Shown: one piece after another, positions 1-12,803 of the stretch | How the letters are laid out: the number at the start of each line of letters is the position of its first letter | Position numbering within the stretch: the stretch's first letter is position 1 | Assembly: GCA_013239625.1 (NCBI GenBank) | Contig: MU053810.1 | Span: forward strand, 5,426,071 to 5,490,070 | Origin: Lama guanicoe | Taxonomy: Eukaryota | Length of the DNA: 64,000 nucleotides | Direction of reading: 5' to 3' | Made by a program: the position numbers and the translations under genes | The notes under the pieces: generated by a model | Told to the model about the DNA's origin: nothing | What the model saw: only the letters and a program-made list of their open reading frames with translations | The model's database searches: none

Positions 1-219
1 TAGAAAGTGGCTGCTAGGGAAGTAGTAAAGCAAAGCCTGACTTACTGACATCTGAACGACCATTTCTGAGCTGGAAGTATGTGTTTTAGTAGGTGAACAA
101 AAGAAAGTTCTGTATGAGCCCTGAGGATGTGACGTTTTATTCTGAATAGTAATGGGAGAGAGCGTTTGAGCATTTATCCCCCAAAGAGTTTTTAATTGAA
201 AAGTCCAATTTTTACAAAC

Positions 220-390
220 TAATGGGTGTAAGGTAGGCTCGAGGATATATTGTACAACACAGTGAATGGAGCCAGTAGTTTGTCATACCTGTTAAATGGG
301 AAGTAACCTTTAAAAATCATATAAACTAAAAAAGTTTTTTAATAAAATAAATTTTAATTTTAACAATTTAAATTCAAATTTTAAACTAAA
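220..390 (+). mobile_element. L1 3' terminal fragment with AT-rich tail
   Basis: ggtgtaaggtaggctcgaggatatattgtacaacacagtgaatggagccagtagtttgt...aaatgggaagtaacctttaaaaat resembles an artiodactyl L1 3' end. An opposite-strand copy of the same type lies at 39070-39215. Confidence 0.65.
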
Positions 391-669
391 TTAATAATCA
401 TTTAAAATCTAAACTCCTAAGTGTACAGTGTCCTTCTGGGATGGTAAGCACCCACATGTGTAGAACCCAGGCGTGTGGAGAGATGGATGGGGGAATACAG
501 TGGAGGCGGAGGAGGGGGTGTCCCAGATCCCAGAGGCTTCTGTGCCACTGTGGGTTATGCTGCAGCATCACTGGATGGGGAAGGGTTTGGAAGAATGCAC
601 TGATGGGCTGGCTAATTGGAAAATTGATCAGCGTCAAAGAGAATATTTGAATAAAAATGATGGTCATTG

Positions 670-860
670 CTGACATTTACTGAATGCTGGTAATGTGCCA
701 GCCACTCTGCAGAGCACTTCTTCCATCATTAGCACAGCTCACCGAGGTGGGAGCCATTCATATCCCCATTTAACAGATGATGAGTTGAGGCCTGGATAGA
801 TGAATAATTTACTCCAATTAATAGACCTTCAAAGTGCATAGTATTTATTATGTCAAATTA
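670..860 (-). mobile_element. MIR SINE relic
   Basis: acatttactgaatgct...tgtgccag...atccccatttaacagatgatgagttgaggc is the reverse complement of the MIR core. Confidence 0.65.
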
Positions 861-1939
861 GTGTCCTTCTGGGAATGTTTAGGTGTTTGTTGGGCAATGG
901 GAAACTGGAGACGACAGTGGTGATGCTGATCTGGGAGAACATGGCATGGTGGTCCTGGGTCCTTAGAACAAAGCCAGCAACTGTGACTGGGGGTGTGAGG
1001 CACAGGGTCCAGCCACCCAAGCCAGGACTCTGCCAAGAGCTGGACAAAGTGTTGGGTCCCAAAGGCTGCGGTGGTCTCAGGGTCAGCGCCGTCAGAGACT
1101 CAGGAGGGTCACCTGTTTGGTGCTGAGCAGATATGAAGGTAGACAGATGTTCACAGTTAGGAAATCTGAGTGGAGATTATACAGATGTTAATTGTACCTG
1201 TCTTTTCATTTTTCTACAGGTTTGGGAAATTTCAAAATAGCTCCCAGCAAGGAGAGGCAGTAGGTTGGGTGGGAGGGCGCCTGTCCCACAGGGCACGCAG
1301 GGAAAGTCATTTCACACTCAGAGGTTCCTGAGCCCTGTCCTGCCTGCCTGCCCCTGCAGAAATGCTTCTGGGCTGCACAGAGCAGAGTTGGGAAGCAGAG
1401 GCTGAGTTTTCTACTGGCGACATTTTTAGAGTTTTGCCTTTTTAAAAAAATCCTTTAAGACTTCAATAAAACCTTGTACAAACACAATATAAATAGATTT
1501 TCTCACCGTTGTTGAGTTGAAGAAGGTTAGAGGGTTTATAGCCCCAAACAGCTGCTTATCTTAATGTCATATTGTGGCTTTTTCAGTGATTTTGGGCAAA
1601 CCCCTTTAAACTAGGGCTGAGAATAACAGCCATTTCCCCTCAAGCAGAAGTAGTCATTAGTGGTTGTATAAGTCGAAAATCAACCATTCTTTCTCTGCCT
1701 TGGGCCATTTGTTTGTCGGAGAGCAGTTGTTTGAGCAAATTAGGTGATTCAGTTACCACGAGACACTGCCCTTTGCCCCATTGCCCCATCTAATTACCCT
1801 CTTTTGGAAGAAGAATTGCTTAGTGTTTGTCAGGCCAGTCTGCTTGCTAATGGTCTTTTGGGAGCTGTTAACAATATTCCCATAAAACAGGTTAAAATAG
1901 TTTCACTAGCATTTTCCACAGTTGTTCTCGGTTTCAGTT

Positions 1940-1983
1940 AATAGTCGAAGCGTCAATTAAAAAAAAAATAGTGGAAGCGTCAA
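1940..1983 (+). mobile_element. Ultra-short retrotransposition scar: 10-nt insert ttaaaaaaaa between 17-bp direct repeats
   Basis: aatagtcgaagcgtcaa (1940-1956) and aatagtggaagcgtcaa (1967-1983), 1 mismatch, flank an A-run. Confidence 0.65.
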
Positions 1984-2409
1984 CATCCTGAAATGTGACA
2001 TAGAATATGAACATAATAAACTGTGTTTTACTGATTTAAAAAAAAAATTTGCAGGTAGCCTGATTTTCCAACTCATTTGTTTCAGGACCACACATCAGTG
2101 TTTCATCTTTTTTATTCAAAGCAAAAAAAGTAACTCTGGATTCAGGATTTGAAGGTATCTACGATTTCTTATGAAATGATTTCTCTGACCATTTTTGTTG
2201 TTGTTGTTTATAAAAACTACATTGCAGGCAGGCCAGGCAGGCCCATACTTCTTGACTCTCCTAGATTTTATTTGCACTAAGTTCTCTTTCCTGGACCTCA
2301 TTTACTCAGATCTGCTTATTCATTCATGTATTCATTTATTCACCAACATGTGGCATGTCTGCCAGGCGCTGGGCCAGATAGAGAACAAAATCACAAGGTT
2401 CTTTGCAGG

Positions 2410-2678
2410 AATAAGATAAATACTAATAAGCCCTAGGGATGTAATGTACAGCACGGTGACTGTAGTTAACAATCCTATAGCGTGTATTTGAAAGTTGCCA
2501 AGAGAGTAGGTCTTAAATGTTCTCATCAGGAGGAAAACAATATTGTAACTTTTATGTGGTGGTGGATGTTAACTAGACTTTTTATGGTGATCACTTCACA
2601 ATATATACATGTATCAACTCACCATGCTGTACACCTGAAACTGAGACAATGTTAGGTGCCAATTAGATCTCAATAAAA
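2410..2678 (+). mobile_element. L1MA9-like 3' end
   Basis: gggatgtaatgtacagcacggtgactgtagttaacaat...gaaagttgccaagagagtaggtcttaaatgttctca...ctgtacacctgaaact...ctcaataaaa. Confidence 0.8.
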
Positions 2679-5554
2679 TACCAGAGTTCCTAAATTAAAA
2701 TATTCACATATTAAATGTCTTAGTGCTTTAGAGTCCATTGTTAGTTCTGTAACAGAGGTTAGTGGACAGCGTGTTGGGTACACAGGGAAAGGACTGATGA
2801 ATTCTACCACGGGAAATGGAGAAAATGTTACAAAGGAGGTCATATGTAAGCTGGATATTGAAAGGTGGGAAGAAATGTTCTAGAAGGAGGAATTGGAAAG
2901 GGATGTACCAGGCCGGGAACGCTCATTCTGTCTCAAGGCAGAAAGGAAGGTAGAAAATGATATGCTCTGTCTGCTGTGGCTGGTGGCCAGTGGGTGGGAG
3001 CTGAGGCCAAGCAAGGGGTCTGGAAGGTGGAGGAACAGCATCCCTGCACGTGTGCCCCCTGTGGGTACACCTGTGACATCACCTGGCTTTTCTCGCCAGG
3101 ACCACTTCTGTATCAGAGGAAGTGTTTACACATGTTTCCAACACCTTACTCACAACACGTTGGTTCTGAATGGACTGTTCAAAACCTACTCTCAACAAAC
3201 ACCAAATAAGGGTTTTCTTTCATAGCTCTTTAAGTGTGGGGCATTTTAAAGGGCAGGATTTATATTAACAAAAGGCCTTATATATGCCTCCTTACTTCCC
3301 GTCAAACTGATGTTAGATTGGCTGTGGATGTTTCTATTTCTGTGGTTCGGAGAGTTGTAGGTTTCTGGGTCAAAAATGTGTTTTATTTTAGGCTTCACAT
3401 CAAAAGTGATCCATTGAGAAAGTTATGTAACTTAAAAAGCAGGCTCTAATAGGAATTGATCCTATATCCATAATATTCATGACTATATGTGTACATATAT
3501 ATGTATAAATGTGTGTACACATTTCCTTCGAGGTATGACTTTAAGGATAATCTTTGTAATCTAACATTGTTATTAAGGTCATAAGTAGTTCTGTTATGAG
3601 TTAGCAGTGATAAATTTTAAAAATCAAGGCAGTTCAAATCTGAATTAATAATTACAAATATTTATGAGTTCCTTTATTTTAATCTCAAACCATAAATCTT
3701 CCTGGATATGTGTCTAAGAGATTATATACACTTCATTATTTTGAGGACAGTTACTAGGGCACCAGTTCTTTTGCCTTATGAGGTCTAGTCCAGGGTGGGA
3801 AAGAGGAGGGGTAAAGTGTTAAGGGTCCCTGGACCTCTCCAGAGTCGGTGGGAGAAGAAAAGAAATGAACAGGTCTGGGAAGTGCTTTTAGGTCTCTAAA
3901 ACTTCTGGATCCCAATTTCTTCCTATTTTTCCTTCCCAGTTATTGAGATTAAAACTGGTAAGTTTCTAGAGCCCTGAAGCCATCCATCCCCTACCCCCTG
4001 CTACCCCACCCCTACCCTGTTCTTAAAGGGAATGTTGCCTAGAATACTTCTTAGCTTCTTAGGATTGGGGATGGGGCCGATGCCAGGGGCTGGGAGGGCA
4101 CACCCACTGGTTTCTCTCTCACTGGGTTGCTCAACCCTGCAACTCATCTCAGAAATGCTTGGGTTGACTGCGGGAAATTGTATTTATTCTCTCTGACACT
4201 CTGCTACTTAGTGCCTGTGTGACCGGGTAAAGTTATAGGAGCTCTCATGTCCTCTGGAAGGAAGAGTAATAACACAGAATGGAGACGCGTTAGCTGGTGG
4301 GGGAAGTGGTTAGCTTGCTCACAGTCTCCACCTTCACTAATAACGTCGATCATCTAAGGGAAGACAAACATTCCCTAGATGAATGCAGCTTTAAGCCAAG
4401 TGTCATATCAAAACACTTGAGTGAAAACTGCTTGCTTACCAAGCAAATGAGGCTTTCAACAAGTCCTGCCAGCACTGCACCACCCAACCCAGCTCCAACC
4501 TGATCCAAGCAGTTTTTGCCTCCAAGCCTCTTTGCTGTGGAAATTCTGGGGGAATCATTTGTGATACCTGCATGTCTAAGAAACACTCACAGAGACATTC
4601 CATATTCCCCATAGCTGGATTTTTTTTTTTTAATTGTTACTGTTAGTTGTTACAGGAGGCCAGGGACTAGGCTGGAGGCACTGCTGGCGAATAAATCAGC
4701 TACAAAGAGAATCTTTAGTCCATAGATAATGTGATTTTTTTTCCCCCTGAAATTGATTTTGAGCAGAGTTTTTTACATAAAAGGGCCTTTCTTCAGCCAA
4801 AATGTGATTTCTTGATGATATCTTCATCTAGATTTGAATCCCTCCCCTCCAACCATTTTTCCCCCCTGGAGCTATATTTAGGAAGACATCAATCACTTTG
4901 CTATTTTTCTTTTTCCATTCTCTGACCTCAGGAGCTAAAAGACCCATTTTGTCCATTCAGTCTTCCACATTTCACTCAAACACTGAACACCAGCTCCGGG
5001 TTCCTTTTATTCACATGCTTTCCTCTTTGGGTGCTGTGTTATCACGGAAGACTGGCCTAGGTGACTTAGTGGAAAAGTTAGCTGGACTAGAGAAATCCAC
5101 TTTGAAAAACCACTGAATTATTTTCCCCAAATACAAGCACCTGGAGAATGACTTTTACATAGGCCCCTGGTGATACTTTGTGTATCAGGGCTTGTGTTTT
5201 CCCGCAAAGACCCTATAAAGTCTGCTTAACCTGGAGACTGGTTTCTTTTCTACAGTCTACTCACAGCCAAGAGAGTTTTAAAAGTCACTGTTCTGTTCGG
5301 TTCTTTCAAGATCCCCATCTTAAGTGTAATAATAGACAGGGAACAGGCACCCAGATGAGCCACAGTAATGTTGTTATACCAATAATAAATGTGGTAGCAT
5401 GGAATTTGGAAGAGATTCAAGAGCGATCACACAGTGTCATTGGTGGTAATTTAAAAAAAAACTGGTTGCTTTTGTTTGATAAATCTGACATGTCTGAGAA
5501 AAAGTAAGTTCTCTTGTACAAGGAGACATCGACTTACTTAGCAGATGGTTCCAC

Positions 5555-6580
5555 TTAAAATATCTGGAGTTATCATTCTTGTTTTCTATTTCAAATAAAT
5601 AATAAAATGTAAATATAGTATTCATAAACTTATAGATAATTATGTTATGCTTATAATTATATTACATTAACAAGTAACACTATAAGATATATTGTAACAT
5701 AAATTATATTTATGTATCGTATATTATAAATTATAAAATATAAATTATGATATATATTACATAAAATATAAGTATGATAAAATATAAAATATTTTTAAAA
5801 TCTCAAAATATGTATTATTCTTGTTTTATGTTTTAAATAAATAATAAACTATAAATATAATATTTATCAATTTATAAAATTGTAATTTATAAATGCAATT
5901 TAAATATTTATAAATTATAATGATATATATTACATAAAATATAAGTATGATAAAATATAAAATATTTTTAAAATCTCAAAATATGTATTATTCTTGTTTT
6001 ATGTTTTAAATAAATAATAAACTATAAATATAATATTTATCAATTTATAAAATTGTAATTTATAAATGCAATTTAAATATTTATAAATTATAATGATATA
6101 TATTACATAAAATATAAGTATGATAAAATATAAAATATTTTTAAAATCTCAAAATATGTATTATTCTTGTTTTATGTTTTAAATAAATAATAAACTATAA
6201 ATATAGTATTTATCAATTTATAAAATTATAATTTATAAATGCACTTTAAATATTTATAAATTATAATGATATATATTACATAAATAATACATAAGTATGA
6301 TAAAATAGAAACTATTTTAAAAATCTTAAAATATCTAGTCTCATTTATGTTTTATGTTTCAAATAGATAATAAAATATAAATGTAGTATTTATCAATTTA
6401 TAATACTACAATTTATAAATATAACTTATAAAATTTATTAATATCTTATAAATTATATTTCTATATTATATTTAAATTATATTTATAACTTATATTAATA
6501 TATTAAATAATGTCTGATAAAATATTTTTAAAATTTGCTTAAAATATCTAGTATTCTTGGTTTATATTTAAAAATAGGTG
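5555..6580. repeat. AT-rich tandem array, 173-bp period (about 4 conserved units plus degenerate flanking units)
   Basis: The anchor tacataaa recurs at 5758, 5931, 6104 and 6277 (exact 173 spacing). Degenerate copies lie at ~5555-5640 and ~6510-6580. Confidence 0.9.
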
Positions 6581-7004
6581 TTTTTTAATTATAAAATTAA
6601 TCTATGTTCACTTAAAAATAATTCAGAAAAGAAAGATTGCCTATGATTCCATTACCCAGATCTGTTTACATTTTAAAAAAACATGTGGAGAATTGGTGAT
6701 AAAAGGCATCATTATATGGTGAAAATATTGCCCTCTGAATAAAGTCCTCTGATTGAGTTCAACTTCAATTTGGAGTACTTTGCTCAATCAATTTTAGACT
6801 TTTGATCAAATGTTTGTATTTTATATGGTGGATGTTTCATGCAAGGTCATGTAGAGTAACTTCTTTATTGGAGAATATTACTACTTGGGTCACAGTGTTT
6901 CTTTCCTTTCTCATCATTTATATTTATGGACCCACTCTTCCCACTTGTTCACACCTTCCCTCCAATTTCCCCGCGGTGATCTTCTGAAAGAAAGAAAGGT
7001 TCAT

Positions 7005-7490
7005 CAGTTCAAATCCTCTGTTGCAGGAGACCGCAAAAATGACTCAGGCCGGCTTAAGCCAGGAGATTTGGGGGCTGTTGTAACTTTCAAGCCCAGGTGT
7101 CATTGACTGGAATGGCTCACCTGACCTTGGGCACCTGGTTTCTCTTCACCTCTTGCCTCTAATCTCTCCCCTGTTTGCTTCATTCTCAGCTCTAGGTGGT
7201 GGCAAGATGATTCCCAACAGCATTAGGCCCTAGTGCGTCCACATTCACGTTTCCTTGCACCTCATTGACTCTGATGGGATCACCATGCAGCTATGGACTG
7301 ATAGCTCAAGCTGTGGTCTCTGATCCACTGATGGACCAGACACAAGCCATGGAGAAAAGTCAGCTCCATGTAAAGCACATGGACTATGAGTGAGAAAAGT
7401 GGTGACTTCCCAGGGGAGACACCCCAGGGCTGTTACCAGGGGAAGGGTGAATGGATGGAGGATGGTGGCAAAAAGAGCTGAGGTCCATGT
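7005..7490. mobile_element. Ancient ERVL/MaLR-type LTR relic (LTR33/MLT1-like)
   Basis: gttgcaggagaccgcaaaaatgactcaggccggcttaagc resembles the gttgcaagtgacagaaacccaactcaaactggcttaagc end of old ERVL-class LTRs. Confidence 0.45.
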
Positions 7491-8319
7491 TAGAAAATAA
7501 ATGAGGCCTTTTCATCTGTGAACTCTCAGATTCCTAGGAGGCACTTCAAGGGGAAAAAAAAACACACACACACACACACCCCAAGTACAGGGGAAAGAAT
7601 AAATCATTGGAACCCCTTAAGCCTTCTTCAGACTTTACTATGCTTTTTTTTCTATCTAGAAGCAAGTGGATTCCTAGTGGGAATGTGTGAATCTGTGAAA
7701 GTGTATCTTCCTGGGAAGATATCTGTAAATATATCCGTATAGGAATATGTGTTCATGGCCATGTGTGCAGCCCCTATCATTTTTCAAGTATCCAATCTTA
7801 GTCTTTGTTTATAAAACCACTCCAGGTTACCAGTATAAAATTAGAACATTTCAGTATTGTATGTGTGTGTTATAGGTGTTTTGAGCAATCCCTTGTTGGG
7901 ACAAGAGTAGCTAAATCTAATTATTATGATCTTAGTAACACTTGGGTAGCACTAATGTGCTACAGACTGACCAGAGAATTAACACTGGTTTTAGAAATCA
8001 CCAAGTTGTGCTCTCGACAATGGTTTCTTTTTAGCTCGAATGTAGTATTGTCAGGTTTTATCACAATACTAGACATCTTAGGGGAATTTAATGAGATGCT
8101 TGAGAATCTTACTCATGGGGGAAATTAACATATTAAGATGGAGATTGTATTTTTTAAAGGAGTGATAACTTTTGGTTGGAATCTTAATTCATTAGAGAGG
8201 AAGATTAATTTGCCAATGTGTAAGATGTTCAGCACTGTGTGTGTTGTATTCAGTACCATTGGAAGCACACTTAGCACACAGCTGGAGAAAATTGTCATCC
8301 TTGTTTTCAGGCCTTTGTA

Positions 8320-8830
8320 GTAAGGATTTTTTTGGGTAGTGAATGTCAGAGTCCCGTCTCAGACTCACATAAGCAAAAGGGGATTTGTTGCCACTCATAA
8401 CTGTCAAAGGCATGGATATTATTAGAGATGGTAAGGTTCTGGTAGGATGGTGTCTCCCTGCATCGGTATTGGAATCTCTCTTACCACAGATAAGATTTCA
8501 CCGTGTAGGCAGCGACATAACAGTTGGAAGCTCCATCCTCCCTTCTTGCAGCTTCGATACCAGAGAATAAAAGGCTATTTCTTCCTGTTCACTCTTTCCA
8601 ATTCCCGTTCAGACAACCGCCGAGAAGGACTCTTAATTGATCTGCTTAGTTCATGCACCACCTTTTGGACCAATCTCTGTGGACAAGGATGAAGTTGTCT
8701 GGTCCGCCAGTTGGATCAAAATTGGGTGCGTGCAAAGGTGAGCAGATGACGTGATGGATCAACCAAGGAAGGAGGGTGGAGGTTGTTATCAGAAGTCAGA
8801 AAGAAATACAGGACAGGACAGTTATCAGTG
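8320..8830. mobile_element. Ancient ERVL/MaLR-type LTR relic
   Basis: taaggattttttt...ctcagactcacataagcaaaaggggatttgttgccactcataactg, same class as 7005 and 30390. Confidence 0.45.
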
Positions 8831-9449
8831 GGGAGAGATGACTTCCATTACACGTGATGCTTCTATGAGTGTCTCTTTGCCCCTGCCCCCTGCGCATGTA
8901 GAGGAAAGCAGACATCGCAGACATGTGTCCTTTATCATACTCACCATCTTCCCATGAAATAATGGATCCTGGCCTTAGGCATAGATCCAGTGAAGATGAG
9001 AGCAAGGGGGAAGGATGAAAGATCTAGTATCTTGGGGAATTACATGACCAACGTCTCTCAAGCCAGCACTTCCATCTGAGTAGCTGATGGAAAATGCTTT
9101 TCATCTACATTAATGAATCTTCACTATTCTCCAGAGATTCGGTTCACATTAAACTTTTTTTTCCCGTGCATGTTTTCATACATCATTTCTTTCCAACTAT
9201 ATGATATCTTCTGAGGATATGGACATAAATGTTCAAAGAAATGAGGTCCGAGTTCAAGGAGCTGGGAGATATAGCAGCAGGATTTATAGTAACTGCACTG
9301 CAACCCCACCAGGCTGGCTTTGTTGTCAAGGTTCGGTTTTAATGTTAGTGTCACCAGCATCCACTGCTAAAAGCCTACCCCTATTTTGCTTGCTTGTGTG
9401 TCTTAATTGACAAGTGTTAAGACTGGCGTGTCCAGGTTAGTCATTGATC

Positions 9450-10070
9450 TCCTGGTCATGATGAGCAGAGACTTGGAATCAGACAGCCTGTATTCCAGTC
9501 CAGACTCTCTAGGTCTCTGACTCGGGGCAAGTTACTTAACCCTTGTGAGCTGCAGCTGAGCATCAAATCAGAATCTTAATAATAAGAAAAAAAAAAAGGA
9601 CAGTATGAAGTCATTGACAAAACAGAAACAGATTCGCAGACTTAATAAACAATCTTATGGTTACCGGGGAAAGGGGGTGGAAGGGGTTAAATTTGGGAGT
9701 TTGAGATTTACAAATGTTAGCCACTCTATATAAAAACAGATTTTAAATAGTTTCTTTTGTATAGCACAGGGAACTGTGTTCAGTATCTTGTAATAACCTT
9801 TAATGGAAAAAATATGAAAACGCATATATGTATGTATGTGCATGACTGGGACCTTGTACTGTACACCAGAGATAGACACGTTGTAATTGACTGTATTTCA
9901 ATTTAAAAAAAAGAAAAGAAAAGAAAAGAAGATGGAGAAGAAGAAACCTATCTTAGAAAGCTGTTGTGAGAAATGAACAAGCTGATGTAGATGAAGGAAA
10001 GATATCTCATCAAATACTGTGGTTTACACAAGCAGCCAGCCTGGCACAGAGTAAACTCTATAAATATTGG
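9450..10070 (+). mobile_element. MIR split by a younger L1 insertion
   Basis: ggaatcagacagcctg...gggcaagttacttaacc (5' part) and ctgttgtgagaaatgaa...cctggcacagagtaaactctataaatattggc (3' part) flank the L1 at 9587-9930. Confidence 0.7.
9587..9930 (+). mobile_element. Young L1 3'UTR fragment with A-rich tail
   Basis: aacagaaacagattcgcagac...cttatggttacc...tatagcacagggaactgtgttcagtatcttgtaataacc...gactgtatttcaatttaaaaaaaa(gaaaa)n; close match to 54140-54439. Confidence 0.9.
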
Positions 10071-12620
10071 CTTGAAAGGTGCTAATAACAGGGTCAGATC
10101 AGCAGCTTATTTTAGGACAGTGTGTATATCCTTACAGGATGCTCAACAGGTGAGAGATGGATTTGGAATTGAAAGATTCAGAAACATGTTAAGAAAGAGG
10201 TTCCTAAGAGCTGTTGGCCCTCCTAACTTGAGATTTGATTATTGAGTTTGCCGGAGGCGGAGGGGATGAGTTTAGGATTCTTTATAAAATCATGCTTGTG
10301 GTTTAATATCTTCTGCCTGTGCAGTTAGAGGTGGAGGATGAATCACTGAGGTTTCTGACTATGGGAACACGAGCTCCCAACTGTTGAATATAAATAACAT
10401 GTTTTTTGAACATAAGAGCAAGAACTTTGTATGTTTTGTTGATATTAGGAAGTGTGTATCCAGTGGTTGGGCTGTGTCTCATTACATTTTTGTAGGATTT
10501 TAAAATGCTTGGCAATTCACTGAGACTTTCAAATGTTTAGATTTTACATTTCCAGAAAGTACCACAAACATCCTTGCAAATTAGTGAGCTCAGAGGGAGC
10601 TGGTGGTAGCAGAGGAGTTTGCCAGCAGAAAACTGAAGCTAGCGAGTCTGGAATGGCCTGTATTAATTGAGTACTTTATTGGTGCAAATGTAGTGATAGA
10701 CACTTACGTGAAGTGAGAAGGAGACTCTTTATAATAGCTAGTGAAGACAGACTCGGTTCTATAATAACTACCTTCTAAATACTTTGAAAAATCGCCTTGC
10801 CTTTGTTTAATTTGGCCATTATTTAAGAGAATAAAAATTTAGCACCTTTTATTTCTGACCAGATTGGCTTTCCTATTCTCCTGATTCAGGCCCTCCAGTG
10901 GGGTAGGCAAGCCAGAGAGCTGTTCTTTCTCACATTCATCCACATTTAAGTACAATTAAGATGTGTTGAGCATGGCCTTTAGAGTTTTCCTTTGCGTAAT
11001 ACAAATGTTTCCCAAAAAATTCATTTCAAAGAGTTAAAACTTAACCTTTCACTTTGGTTTCAAGACTTAAAAAACAACTTTAGGAACACAAAATCAAAAT
11101 GAAACAGATTTAGGAACACAAATCAAGAGTGTTATAGCATCTGTGACATAGAATTATTTATAAATACAATATTAATATGTGATATATAAATAAAACAACT
11201 TCTATCTTGTTCTGTTAACCACCTTCAGCCAGAGATTGATAAAACCATTTCCTCTGGCTGATGAGGATTTACCTTCCAATGCGGTCTTGTTTTTAAGTCC
11301 TTTTAAATAAATCTGTAGGATCTTTGGGTTTTCCACCATTCTTAATATTGAACACAATGTAATTATGTTGATACCAGTGTCAGCATTTGAGCCGTGTCAC
11401 TGGGAACACATATTTGGGGACTCAGTTGCTGCTGTCATTTTCTGCATTGGTGCTCGTTTGGTGCTGAGGGGTCTCCTTTGACTGAAGGTTTCAGAGAGGT
11501 AGCAGAAACTTGAAGTATCTGTCCCCGCAAACACATACTTGGTCACCTTACCCTCCACTGGTTTACTTTGTTATTTATTAACTGAACAAGAGGATACAAG
11601 TCAAAGGATTGGGTCAGATTAAAGCTATTACATATGAAGACAAGGTGAGAATGAATGAAATATTAAACCAACATTAAATACAAAATGTTTTAATGGAAGC
11701 ATTCTTTTCCTTAAAATTAAAGTTCTCATTTGCTAAGCATTCAGAAATTTCTCTGTCCCCCCCCCCCCCACACACACGTACACATGCAGAGCCACTGCCA
11801 GGGGGCTGGGGGCTCCAGTCTTCTTGCTTTTTAACATCAAGGCGTCTCCCCAGATTATTGTGGTGTCCAGGAGCAAGCAAGTACATCACGTGCTTTTTCC
11901 GGTAGAAACCTAGGGCGGGGAGCGAGTTCCTGCTGTTGGATTCACTGCAGATCCTTTTGGAGTGTTAGGACTGGATTGAATTCTGAAATCAGCATATTAT
12001 AGATGAGGACATATTTTATGTCTTCATCAGAGTCCTTTCTGCTTTGCCAGGGAAAATTATGCCCTTTAATTCATGACCACGTAGTGTTGACTCGTATTAT
12101 TATGTGAGTGTATGTGTATTTGGCTTTGGATGAGCAGGGTAAGGAAGGGGTAAATCATCAGTGTTCATGGTGGGAGGATTGGACAGTAACCCACCAGCCC
12201 GTACACAAGAGAAGACACTGCCTGATTTGGTCTCTGATCCCAGGGAGCTTACAGTTTTTCAGAGCAGCTAACATAAGCATGCATATTTGAATGGAAGGGT
12301 GGTTGTGTCTTAAATAGGGCAATAGAAAAAGTGCTTTAGGAGTTTAGTGTTGGAAGATTGTGTTCTTACCAGGGAATCACAAAAGGATTGCAGGAGAAAT
12401 TAAACGTGATCCTCCAACTGTGGGGGAAGGGCATTGTAGGATAGTGACGAGGTCACACAGGTGTGGCAGGAAGAGTGTGATTTCTATAAAATAAGAGTGA
12501 GTAATATTTTTCCTGGCATTCAGGGAATACTAAGAATTAGTGGCAGGCAGATGTAAAAAGGTGGGTTGAAGGAATTGGTGGAGAGAGAGAACACCCAATG
12601 AAGGCACTAGAATTCAGAGA

Positions 12621-12803
12621 GGGGGAGGGTATATAGCTCAGTGGTAGAGTGTGTGCTTAGCATGCATGAGGTCCAGGGTTCAAACCCCAGTACATCCATT
12701 AAAAATAAGCAAATGGGGGAAGGTATAGCTCAGTGGTAGAATGCATGCTTAGCATGCACAAGGTCCGGGGTTCAATCCCCAGTACCTTCATTTTTAAAAA
12801 AAG
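12621..12803 (+). mobile_element. Head-to-tail dimer of camelid tRNA-derived SINE (Vic-1-like)
   Basis: Two units (12621-12714 and 12715-12803), each with A-box TAGCTCAGTGG, B-box GGTTCAA(A/T)CCC and an A-rich tail. Confidence 0.85.

Noticed and set aside
5555..6580. Alpha-satellite or CRISPR-like array
   Set aside because: The units are contiguous with no unique spacers, there is no cas context, and the sequence is extremely AT-rich with no visible CENP-B box. Only the period resembles alphoid DNA.
12621..12803. tRNA-Ala genes
   Set aside because: The copies have A/B boxes but also the GGGGAGGG leader, degenerate stems, A-rich tails and multiple diverged TSD-flanked relatives. They are SINEs, not tRNA genes.
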